Source of the DNA: Mycobacterium tuberculosis H37Rv
GTDB taxonomy: Bacteria > Actinomycetota > Actinomycetes > Mycobacteriales > Mycobacteriaceae
Assembly: GCF_000195955.2 (NCBI RefSeq)
Contig: NC_000962.3
Coordinates: 1,020,001 to 1,052,000 of the forward strand
DNA length: 32,000 nucleotides
Direction: 5' to 3'
Shown here: piece by piece, positions 1-7,685 of the stretch
How positions within the stretch are numbered: the stretch's first letter is position 1
Layout: each line of letters starts with the position of its first letter
Translations under genes and position numbers: made by a program
The notes under the pieces: generated by a model
The model's database searches: none
What the model was told of the DNA's origin: nothing
The model's input: only the letters and a program-made list of their open reading frames with translations

Positions 1-57
1 TCGGATAGCCACGCTCACCAGGCATTTTCCGCGCGGCGACGAACGGTTGCCGGACTT

Positions 58-1329
58 TTACCGCGGGGGGTTTCCGGGCGGCGGCTGCTCTCTAATCACA
101 ACTACCGGGGGTTTGCGGCCGTCCTCTTGGCCGTCAGTGCTGGTGCCGCTACGGGTGCCGCCACCGCCCGTCGTGCCGCGTGCGGCCAGGCTCGCCAAAG
201 CCATCCCGCTGAGCAGGCCTGCCGGCATCCCGTTTAGGGCCGTCGGGTCGGCGCCGGCGCTGGAGCTGAAGGTGGGTGTTGCCTGAACGGCGAGCTGGAT
301 CTCCGGGGCGGCCGTGGTCCAGCTGTGCGGCACCGACAACGCTCCGACTAATGCTGCGTGGCCGACGCCCGCGGACACCGGCGCCGCGCCCCCGAAGGGG
401 CCCCAGTGCGGCTCCGGCTCGTCGGTCGCCGAACTCAGTGGATGGCCCTGCGTCGGTCCCAGCCCGCCGGCGTTCCCGTATAGGCCGATGTGCCAGGGTC
501 TGGCCGTGTTCGTGATCGCGAGCGCAATGCTGCCGGTCGCGATGGATGCAATGTAGAGCGCGATCACGTCCAATTCCCCTATCGGGGTGGGGATCACTAT
601 CGGCTGAGCGGATCCGACTTGCGGGTTGAGGGTCGACGCGATCCCCAACAGTCCCGATGTCAGCGGATCAGCGTTGGCGGCCAATGCGGACAGAATGTCG
701 CTCAGGATCCCCGGGGGCAGCTGGGCCAGTGTCGCCTGTGCATCCGCAACGGCGCCCGCACCGGCGGCTTGGGTCGCCGCGGCTGCGGCCGCGGGCCCGG
801 CCGGGCCGGTGCCTTGCACGGGTGGAGTGAACGGCGGCAACGCCGACGCGGCCGCAGATGCCCCCTCATAGCTGTACATCACGGCAGCGTCTTGGGCCCA
901 CATTTCGGCATACTCGGCCTGGGTAGCCGCGATCGCCGCACTGTTTTGCCCCAGAATGTTCGCCGCGACCAGCGACATCAACCGGCTGCGGTTGGCCGCG
1001 ACGAGGGATGGTGGCACCGTCATCGCGAACGCCGTCCCAAACGCTTCCGCCGCTGCCCTCGCCTGTGTGGCCGTCTCCTTCGCCAGCGCCGCCGTGGCGG
1101 CCAGCCACCCCACATACGGCGTTGCCGCGGCCGCCATCGCGGCCGCCGCCGGCCCCATCCACGGCTCAACGATCAGCGTCGACACCACCGATCCATACGA
1201 GACCGCGGCGGAAGTCAACTCCGCGGCCACACCGTCCCAGGCGGCCGCGGCGGCTAGCATCGACTCCGGCCCCGGACCGGAATACATTCGGCTTGAATTC
1301 ACTTCCGGAGGTAAAAGCCCGAAATCCAT
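58..1329 (-). CDS. PPE14: PPE family protein (PPE-SVP subgroup), PPE14/Rv0915c-like
   Basis: The ORF track gives 58..1338. The N-terminus MDFGLLPPEVNSSRMYSGPG is the canonical PPE domain, and the C-terminal GALSVPHSW motif marks the SVP subgroup. I chose the ATG at 1329 because a strong AAGGAGG Shine-Dalgarno (1339..1345, minus strand) lies 9 nt upstream. The TTG at 1338 would sit inside that Shine-Dalgarno. Confidence 0.93.
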   Translation of the reverse strand: MDFGLLPPEVNSSRMYSGPGPESMLAAAAAWDGVAAELTSAAVSYGSVVSTLIVEPWMGPAAAAMAAAATPYVGWLAATAALAKETATQARAAAEAFGTAFAMTVPPSLVAANRSRLMSLVAANILGQNSAAIAATQAEYAEMWAQDAAVMYSYEGASAAASALPPFTPPVQGTGPAGPAAAAAATQAAGAGAVADAQATLAQLPPGILSDILSALAANADPLTSGLLGIASTLNPQVGSAQPIVIPTPIGELDVIALYIASIATGSIALAITNTARPWHIGLYGNAGGLGPTQGHPLSSATDEPEPHWGPFGGAAPVSAGVGHAALVGALSVPHSWTTAAPEIQLAVQATPTFSSSAGADPTALNGMPAGLLSGMALASLAARGTTGGGGTRSGTSTDGQEDGRKPPVVVIREQPPPGNPPR

Positions 1330-1343
1330 TGCCAGCAACCTCC

Positions 1344-1643
1344 TTAACCGGTCGCGACCACATTGACGGCCTCGGTGGTCGCATACGCATCGGCGGTGGC
1401 CGCCGGGAGGGCCACGAACATGCCATGGACCAGCGCGGCCGGCTTACTCACCACTCGGTAGTGCTTGGTGTGCGCGGTGAACCGGGCCGCCGTCAGGACC
1501 GACACGTCATTGGCAGCAGGGGGTAACACCCCCGTCGTCGGGGCACAGACGGCTGTGTTCCGAGCACTCACGGCGGTACCGATCGTCGGCAAGTCCCCCG
1601 TCGCGGCTGCCAAGACCACCGGCTGGATGGTCACAAAAGACAT
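1344..1643 (-). CDS. PE7: PE family protein (PE-only, 99 aa), PE7/Rv0916c-like
   Basis: The N-terminus MSFVTIQPVVLAAATGDLPTIGTAVSARN is typical of a PE domain. It lies 14 bp upstream of, and co-oriented with, the PPE gene (classic PE/PPE pair). Confidence 0.92.
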   Translation of the reverse strand: MSFVTIQPVVLAAATGDLPTIGTAVSARNTAVCAPTTGVLPPAANDVSVLTAARFTAHTKHYRVVSKPAALVHGMFVALPAATADAYATTEAVNVVATG

Positions 1644-2086
1644 CGGATACCACCTGACGCGGATCGCTTCATCTGATCGGTCGACATCTTCTACATAACC
1701 ACGGAAATGTCTGCTTTATAACGGAATTAGACTACTTTGTGTTGTCTGGCGTTGCTCTGCACCGACGGCATGGGTAAACGTCTGAGATGCGGGTGTCGGC
1801 GGTAGCTGAAAAACCGTGCTGACAACCATGATTCGCCATTCCCGAACGACCTGCGAACTTTGTCGCCTAGCGTAACGCCGTGGCGAGATTTGGCTCGATT
1901 GTTCGCAGTGGCGTTACGCTCGCCACGCGTGAGCCTGGATCAGGCAAACGCGGCTCCACCTGGCCATTTGCTGTCCGAGACGGTAGTTACTCAGCATGGT
2001 GCACAGGTCTGTGCTTGTCTGGTTGATGGTGATTTGGCGTTGCGGTGGCCGTGATGAGGACGCGGTGAGAAACGGAGCTTGAAGAT

Positions 2087-3868
2087 ATGTCAGCGAAAGA
2101 ACGCGGTGACCAGAACGCCGTCGTCGACGCCCTGCGGAGTATTCAGCCCGCAGTCTTCATTCCGGCTTCAGTGGTCATCGTCGCCATGATCGTCGTTTCC
2201 GTGGTGTACTCGAGCGTCGCCGAGAATGCGTTCGTTCGGCTGAACTCCGCGATCACCGGCGGCGTCGGGTGGTGGTACATCCTGGTTGCCACCGGGTTTG
2301 TGGTATTCGCGCTGTACTGCGGCATTTCCCGGATTGGCACTATCCGGCTGGGCCGCGACGATGAGCTCCCCGAGTTCAGCTTCTGGGCATGGCTGGCAAT
2401 GCTGTTTAGTGCCGGTATGGGTATCGGCCTGGTCTTCTACGGGGTGGCCGAGCCGCTCAGCCACTACCTGCGGCCACCGCGGTCACGCGGCGTGCCCGCG
2501 CTTACTGATGCGGCGGCTAACCAGGCGATGGCGCTGACAGTGTTCCACTGGGGCCTGCACGCCTGGGCAATTTATGTCGTGGTTGGCCTCGGTATGGCGT
2601 ACATGACCTATCGGCGGGGTCGCCCCTTGTCGGTGCGCTGGCTGCTGGAGCCGGTCGTGGGTCGGGGCCGTGTAGAGGGCGCCTTGGGGCACGCGGTGGA
2701 CGTCATCGCCATTGTCGGAACACTCTTTGGTGTCGCCACGTCACTGGGCTTCGGTATCACTCAGATCGCCTCCGGCCTGGAATATCTCGGCTGGATCCGG
2801 GTGGACAACTGGTGGATGGTCGGCATGATCGCCGCCATCACCGCCACTGCGACGGCGTCGGTGGTCAGTGGGGTCAGCAAGGGTTTGAAGTGGCTGTCGA
2901 ACATCAATATGGCGCTGGCCGCCGCATTGGCCCTGTTCGTGTTGTTGCTCGGGCCGACACTTTTCTTGCTGCAGTCGTGGGTGCAAAATTTGGGAGGCTA
3001 CGTCCAGTCGCTTCCGCAATTCATGCTGCGCACCGCGCCGTTCTCGCACGACGGCTGGCTCGGCGACTGGACTATCTTCTACTGGGGTTGGTGGATCAGC
3101 TGGGCTCCGTTTGTCGGGATGTTCATCGCGCGGATTTCGCGGGGACGGACGATCCGGGAGTTCATCGGGGCGGTGCTGCTCGTTCCCACCGTGATCGCCT
3201 CGCTATGGTTTACGATCTTCGGTGACTCGGCGTTGTTGCGGCAACGCAACAACGGCGACATGCTCGTCAACGGGGCGGTAGACACCAACACATCGCTTTT
3301 CCGATTGCTGGACGGTTTGCCTATCGGGGCTATTACCAGCGTTCTTGCTGTGCTGGTGATCGTGTTCTTCTTCGTTACGTCGTCGGACTCCGGTTCGTTG
3401 GTCATCGACATCTTGTCAGCGGGTGGTGAGCTGGACCCGCCCAAGCTGACCAGGGTCTACTGGGCGGTGTTGGAGGGGGTAGCCGCGGCCGTTTTGCTCC
3501 TGATCGGAGGTGCTGGGTCACTGACCGCGTTGCGGACGGCCGCTATTGCCACGGCCCTGCCGTTCTCAATCGTCATGGTGGTGGCGTGCTATGCGATGAC
3601 CAAAGCGTTCCACTTCGACCTGGCCGCCACACCTAGGCTGCTGCACGTCACCGTGCCTGACGTGGTTGCGGCAGGAAACCGGCGACGCCACGATATCTCG
3701 GCGACGCTGTCGGGGCTCATTGCCGTCCGTGATGTCGATAGCGGCACATATATAGTCCACCCCGACACCGGCGCTCTCACCGTCACTGCACCACCAGATC
3801 CGTTGGACGATCATGTTTTTGAGTCTGATCGGCACGTAACGCGAAGAAACACAACATCATCGAGATGA
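2087..3868 (+). CDS. betP: BCCT-family betaine/carnitine/choline transporter
   Basis: 593-aa polytopic membrane protein. It has BCCT-like segments (FYWGWWISWAPFVGMFIARISRGRTIREF). A GGAG lies upstream of the ATG. Confidence 0.9.
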   Translation: MSAKERGDQNAVVDALRSIQPAVFIPASVVIVAMIVVSVVYSSVAENAFVRLNSAITGGVGWWYILVATGFVVFALYCGISRIGTIRLGRDDELPEFSFWAWLAMLFSAGMGIGLVFYGVAEPLSHYLRPPRSRGVPALTDAAANQAMALTVFHWGLHAWAIYVVVGLGMAYMTYRRGRPLSVRWLLEPVVGRGRVEGALGHAVDVIAIVGTLFGVATSLGFGITQIASGLEYLGWIRVDNWWMVGMIAAITATATASVVSGVSKGLKWLSNINMALAAALALFVLLLGPTLFLLQSWVQNLGGYVQSLPQFMLRTAPFSHDGWLGDWTIFYWGWWISWAPFVGMFIARISRGRTIREFIGAVLLVPTVIASLWFTIFGDSALLRQRNNGDMLVNGAVDTNTSLFRLLDGLPIGAITSVLAVLVIVFFFVTSSDSGSLVIDILSAGGELDPPKLTRVYWAVLEGVAAAVLLLIGGAGSLTALRTAAIATALPFSIVMVVACYAMTKAFHFDLAATPRLLHVTVPDVVAAGNRRRHDISATLSGLIAVRDVDSGTYIVHPDTGALTVTAPPDPLDDHVFESDRHVTRRNTTSSR

Positions 3869-4363
3869 TGTGTTATCGACCTGCCGGGTCGCCGCTGCCT
3901 GGACCGGAGCCGGCTACTTCCGGTAAACGCGCACCGCTGGATGAATCGCCGCGGCATGAGAAGCTCGACGGTGGTGCCGGGATCGTCGCGCACGATGTCA
4001 TGCTCCAGGGTGCTGGTCAGCCGATGGCCTTTGGTGTGCCACTGACCGGGTCGATCTCCGCGGCCGGCGACCACGCCACGGTCGCGTCCATAGCACAGGT
4101 CGCGCGGCGCGCGACGGCGTGACCCGACATCAAGTCCTTATCGGAGGAGCTTGGCCCCTCGCGTTGGTCCGCGGCAGGCTCGGTCGGCAAATCCTCAAAT
4201 CGGCCCCAAGTTGCACCGAGCGGGAGCGGCGGTGACGGCCAACGTGTGGTGTCGTGCGGGCGGCATTCGGATGGCGCCACGGCCGGTCATCCCGGTGGCT
4301 ACGCAGCAGCGCCTGCGGCGGCAGGCGGATCGCCAGAGCCTGGGTAGTAGCGGCTTGCCAGCG

Positions 4364-4392
4364 TTGAATTGTACGCCTATCAGGCACACAAT
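4364..4392 (+). promoter_or_regulatory. Candidate promoter for a leaderless tacA transcript
   Basis: TTGAAT (4364..4369), a 17-nt spacer, then CACAAT (4387..4392, which fits the mycobacterial TANNNT -10). The ATG at 4400 is 7 nt past the -10, so transcription could begin at the start codon. A short inverted repeat, AATTGT/ACAATT (4367..4372 and 4388..4393), brackets the spacer. Confidence 0.35.
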
Positions 4393-4399
4393 TGATGTC

Positions 4400-4687
4400 A
4401 TGGCTACCAAGCCTGAGCGGAAGACCGAGCGTCTTGCAGCGCGCCTGACCCCTGAGCAGGACGCGCTGATTCGTCGTGCTGCCGAGGCCGAGGGGACTGA
4501 CCTCACCAATTTCACGGTTACAGCGGCGTTGGCGCACGCGCGCGACGTGCTGGCCGACCGCCGGCTCTTCGTACTCACCGATGCCGCGTGGACTGAGTTC
4601 CTCGCCGCGCTGGACCGGCCCGTCTCACACAAGCCTCGGTTGGAGAAGCTGTTCGCCGCGCGGTCCATTTTCGACACCGAGGGGTGA
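4400..4687 (+). CDS. tacA: RHH/DUF1778 antitoxin of a GNAT toxin system (TacA, Rv0918-like)
   Basis: The 95-aa C-terminal part of ORF 4151..4687 (MATKPERKTERLAARLTPEQDALIRRAAEAEGTDLTNF...) matches the DUF1778 antitoxin pattern. Its stop overlaps the toxin start (GTGA). The upstream 83 codons of the ORF show no domain-like sequence. Confidence 0.85.
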   Translation: MATKPERKTERLAARLTPEQDALIRRAAEAEGTDLTNFTVTAALAHARDVLADRRLFVLTDAAWTEFLAALDRPVSHKPRLEKLFAARSIFDTEG

Positions 4688-5184
4688 GCGGCTACAGCGC
4701 GCCGCGACGTATCAGCGACGCCGATGACGTCACGAGCTTCAGCAGCGGCGAGCCCAGTCTGGACGATTACTTGCGCAAGCGGGCGTTGGCCAACCATGTG
4801 CAGGGAGGGTCGCGCTGTTTCGTGACGTGCCGTGACGGTCGGGTAGTCGGCTTCTATGCGCTAGCGTCAGGGTCGGTCGCACACGCTGATGCTCCGGGAC
4901 GGGTGCGCCGCAATATGCCTGACCCCGTGCCGGTGATCCTGCTGTCGCGGTTGGCGGTTGATCGCAAAGAACAGGGCAGGGGCCTGGGCAGTCATCTGCT
5001 GCGTGATGCGATCGGTCGCTGTGTCCAGGCTGCGGACTCGATCGGGCTGCGGGCGATTCTTGTTCATGCGTTGCACGATGAGGCCCGCGCGTTCTACGTC
5101 CACTTTGACTTCGAGATCTCGCCGACCGATCCGCTGCACCTAATGCTGTTGATGAAAGACGCTCGCGCGCTAATTGGCGACTGA
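4684..5184 (+). CDS. tacT: GNAT acetyltransferase toxin (TacT, Rv0919-like; acetylates aminoacyl-tRNA)
   Basis: 166 aa with the GNAT acetyl-CoA motif region LLSRLAVDRKEQGRGLGSHLLRDA. It has a 4-bp overlap with the upstream antitoxin gene. Confidence 0.88.
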   Translation: MSGYSAPRRISDADDVTSFSSGEPSLDDYLRKRALANHVQGGSRCFVTCRDGRVVGFYALASGSVAHADAPGRVRRNMPDPVPVILLSRLAVDRKEQGRGLGSHLLRDAIGRCVQAADSIGLRAILVHALHDEARAFYVHFDFEISPTDPLHLMLLMKDARALIGD

Positions 5185-5320
5185 TGCTACGCGATTGACT
5201 ATCGAGAGCCAGGCTACGTCATCTGATACCAACCAATCACCGACCACAGCACCGACCAGAACAAGCCACGACCACTCGGCTGACACCTGAAAACCATGGC
5301 TGAACTGCGCAAACACAGAG

Positions 5321-5393
5321 TGCCCCCGGCAGGATTCGAACCTGCGACACCGGCTTTAGGAGAGCCGTGCTCTATCCCCTGAGCTACGAGGGC
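5321..5393 (-). tRNA. tRNA-Arg (anticodon CCT), 73 nt, no encoded CCA
   Basis: The reverse complement reads GCCCTCG-TA-GCTCAGGGGATAGAGC-A-CGGCT-CTCCTAA-AGCCG-GTGTC-GCAGGTTCGAATCCTGC-CGGGGGC-A. This gives a full cloverleaf with a 7-bp acceptor stem (one G-U pair), a GTTCGAATC T-loop, and anticodon loop CT-CCT-AA. Confidence 0.93.
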
Positions 5394-5457
5394 GGGGACG
5401 CCTTTGAATACCTGACTAAAACCTAGCCGTTCGCCGCGCCGGCCGGGACTGTCCGAT

Positions 5458-5472
5458 ATTCGGTGTAAGTGG
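5458..5472. repeat. Terminal inverted repeat of the IS256-family element (tRNA-proximal end)
   Basis: ATTCGGTGTAAGTGG is the exact reverse complement of 6879..6893. Confidence 0.85.
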
Positions 5473-5496
5473 CGTTTCTCGGGATTTTTCTTTCGG

Positions 5497-6816
5497 TCAG
5501 CGTTCTTCGGCGGCTGGCATGCGATCGGCGAACGTGATCGCCAGGGCGTTGAGCGCTGGCTTCCAGCGTACGGCCCACTTGGTTTGCCCGGTGCCCTTGG
5601 GATCCAGGGAGCGGGTGACCAGGTAGAGCGTCTTGAGTGCTGACTGTTCGTTCGGGAAGTGTCCACGTGCCCGCACCGCCCGCCGGTAGCGCGCATTGAG
5701 ACTTTCAATTGCGTTGGTAGAACACGGGACTCGCCGTATTTCGACATCATAGTCCAGGAACGGAATGAACTCTTCCCACGCGCTGTCCCACAGCCGTGTG
5801 ATCGCCGGGTAAGGCTTACCCCATTTCTCGGCGAACTCCTCGTAGCGCAACCTGGCCTCAGCGGCACTGGCTGCGGTGTAGATCGGCTTGAGGTCGACGC
5901 TGATCTTGTCCCAGTACTTGCGGGAGGCATACCGGAAAGTGTTGCGGATCAGATGGATGATGCAGGTCTGCACCGTGGCCAACGGGAACGCCGCGGACAC
6001 GCTGTCGGGCAACCCTTTGAGGCCGTCGCAGACCAGGAAGAAGATGTCTTTGACCCCACGATTGCGCAGGTCGGTGAGCACTGCCAGCCAAAATTTGGCT
6101 GACTCACCGTCGCCTTCGCCGGCCCACATCCCCAGGATGTCCTTGTGGCCGTCGAGGTCGACGCCGATCGCGGCGTAGACCGGCCGGTTGCGGACCTGCC
6201 CGTCGCGGATCTTGACCATGATCGCGTCGATGAACACCGCGGCGTAGACCTTCTCCAGCGGCCTGGACCACCACGCCTGCATCTCCTCGATGACCCGGTC
6301 GGTGATCCGCGAGATGGTGTCCTTGGACACCGACACCCCGTAAACGTCGGCGAAGTGAGCCGCGATCTCGCCGGTGGTCAGGCCTTTGGCGTACAGCGAC
6401 AACACCACCCGGTCCACATCGGTGACCCGGCGCTTACGTTTGCCCACGATCACCGGCTCGAAGGTGCCGTTGCGGTCACGGGGCACCGCAATCTCGACCT
6501 GTCCGCACGCATCGGTTATCACCTTCTTGTTACGAGATCCGTTGCGTGAGTTTCCACTTCCACGCCCGGCTGCGGCGTGCCTGTCGTAGCCGAGGTGTTC
6601 GGTCATCTCCTCTTGCAGGGCGGCTTCGAGCACCGTCTTGGTCAGCGCCTTGAGCAACCCGTCAGGGCCGGTCAATGCGACCCCCTCAGCGCGTGCCTGG
6701 CGTACCAGATCACCCACCAGCGCCCGCTCGGCACCGGAGAGCTCACGGGCCGCAACGGCCGCCTCATCCACGTCCTGGCCGGCGTGAGCCGGCTCTATCA
6801 CCTGAGCAGCATCCAT
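5497..6816 (-). CDS. IS256-family (mutator-type) DDE transposase, Rv0920c-like
   Basis: 439 aa. Its layout is typical of IS256/IS1081-type transposases: ...LTGPDGLLKALTKTVLEAALQEEMTEHLGYDRH...VFIDAIMVKIRDGQVRNRPVYAAIGVDLDGHKDILG...QTCIIHLIRN. Confidence 0.9.
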   Translation of the reverse strand: MDAAQVIEPAHAGQDVDEAAVAARELSGAERALVGDLVRQARAEGVALTGPDGLLKALTKTVLEAALQEEMTEHLGYDRHAAAGRGSGNSRNGSRNKKVITDACGQVEIAVPRDRNGTFEPVIVGKRKRRVTDVDRVVLSLYAKGLTTGEIAAHFADVYGVSVSKDTISRITDRVIEEMQAWWSRPLEKVYAAVFIDAIMVKIRDGQVRNRPVYAAIGVDLDGHKDILGMWAGEGDGESAKFWLAVLTDLRNRGVKDIFFLVCDGLKGLPDSVSAAFPLATVQTCIIHLIRNTFRYASRKYWDKISVDLKPIYTAASAAEARLRYEEFAEKWGKPYPAITRLWDSAWEEFIPFLDYDVEIRRVPCSTNAIESLNARYRRAVRARGHFPNEQSALKTLYLVTRSLDPKGTGQTKWAVRWKPALNALAITFADRMPAAEER

Positions 6817-6878
6817 GCCCTTGAGTGTGTTTGGTCATAGCAGTGATTCCTTCTGCCCCACGCCGGGGGCGGTCAGAA

Positions 6879-6893
6879 CCACTTACACCGAAT
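6879..6893. repeat. Terminal inverted repeat of the IS256-family element (distal end)
   Basis: CCACTTACACCGAAT is the exact reverse complement of 5458..5472. Confidence 0.85.
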
Positions 6894-7052
6894 CAGCGAT
6901 AGACCCCTCCGGCGGCGGGGGGGTTGGCGGTGTTTGTGGCGTCCGGTCGTCGGGGTGCGGCGGGTGTGAGTGTAGCGGGCGCAACGAGGGCCACCTGACG
7001 CTCGGGCGTGTGTGGTGGGCGCTTGTCGGCCAACGCTCTGGGGTTCAGAGCT

Positions 7053-7089
7053 GTTGCGTGTTGAGTGTGTTTTAGTGTGCGTTAGTGTG
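7053..7089 (+). repeat. IS1535-like left end: inverted-repeat core plus three phased AGTGTG motifs
   Basis: GTTGCGTGTTGAGTGTGTTTTAG, with AGTGTG at 7064..7069, 7074..7079 and 7084..7089 (exact 10-bp phasing). Confidence 0.7.
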
Positions 7090-7103
7090 TTCTAATTGGC
7101 GGC

Positions 7104-7685
7104 GTGAATCTGGCGGATTGGGCGGAGTCGGTGGGGGTGAATCGACATACCGCTTATCGCTGGTTTCGGGAGGGGACGTTGCCGGTGCCCGCGGAGCGGG
7201 TTGGCCGGTTGATCCTGGTCAAGACGGCCGCCTCGGCGTCGGCCGCAGCGGCGGGAGTGGTGCTGTATGCGCGGGTGTCAAGCCATGATAGGCGTTCGGA
7301 TCTGGATCGGCAGGTCGCGCGTCTAACCGCGTGGGCCACCGAGCGTGACTTGGGGGTGGGGCAAGTGGTGTGCGAGGTCGGTTCCGGCCTGAACGGCAAG
7401 CGACCCAAGCTGCGGCGCATCTTGTCGGACCCCGATGCGAGAGTGATCGTTGTGGAGCATCGGGATCGGCTGGCGCGTTTCGGGGTGGAGCACCTCGAGG
7501 CGGCGCTGTCTGCTCAGGGCCGGCGGATTGTGGTCGCCGATCCTGGTGAGACGACCGATGATCTGGTGTGTGACATGATCGAGGTCTTGACCGGTATGTG
7601 CGCGCGGCTGTACGGGCGTCGCGGTGCGCGCAACCGGGCGATGCGTGCGGTCACGGAGGCCAAGCGTGAGCCGGGGGCGGGGTGA
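7104..7685 (+). CDS. tnpA: IS607-type serine recombinase TnpA (MerR-like HTH plus resolvase catalytic domain), Rv0921-like
   Basis: GTG start. The N-terminal HTH is MNLADWAESVGVNRHTAYRWFREGTLPV, and the catalytic-serine motif is VLYARVSSHDRRSDLDRQ. Confidence 0.9.
   Translation: MNLADWAESVGVNRHTAYRWFREGTLPVPAERVGRLILVKTAASASAAAAGVVLYARVSSHDRRSDLDRQVARLTAWATERDLGVGQVVCEVGSGLNGKRPKLRRILSDPDARVIVVEHRDRLARFGVEHLEAALSAQGRRIVVADPGETTDDLVCDMIEVLTGMCARLYGRRGARNRAMRAVTEAKREPGAG

Larger units (their letters stand above)
5458..6893 (-). mobile_element. IS256-family insertion sequence (IS1554-like), apparently intact
   Basis: 15-bp perfect terminal inverted repeats, ATTCGGTGTAAGTGG (5458..5472) and CCACTTACACCGAAT (6879..6893), flank a single full-length transposase ORF. 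I could not identify a clean target-site duplication. Confidence 0.85.

Noticed and set aside
1-57. Possible start of the next minus-strand gene (ATG at 21..23 giving MPGERGYP...)
   Set aside because: Only seven codons are visible before the window edge, which is too little sequence to support a call.
490-1257. 255-codon plus-strand ORF, plus other 80-170 codon ORFs, antisense to PPE14/PE7
   Set aside because: The products are Arg/Gly/Pro-rich low-complexity sequences typical of the antisense frames of high-GC genes. The opposite strand encodes an unmistakable PPE protein.
1860-2054. 64-codon plus-strand ORF upstream of betP
   Set aside because: It has no Shine-Dalgarno and no recognisable sequence, and it overlaps the inverted-repeat element. 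It is more plausibly non-coding leader or promoter DNA.
4262-4280. Weak resemblance of GGCGGCATTCGGATGGCG to the tRNA 3' end (CCGGCAGGATTCGAACC), as a possible att remnant
   Set aside because: The alignment needs gaps and has several mismatches. It is not distinguishable from chance by eye.
5214-5930. 238-codon minus-strand ORF spanning the tRNA gene and the IS end
   Set aside because: It runs through a tRNA gene and an IS terminal repeat, in a different frame from the transposase. The product is Ser/Arg/Pro-rich, so this is a frame artefact.
7087-7097. The 11-mer GTGTTCTAATT is shared between the IS1535-like left end and the Rv0940c palindrome (31504..31514)
   Set aside because: By rough estimate, many 11-mer coincidences are expected by chance in a 32-kb window on two strands. 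There is no supporting context.
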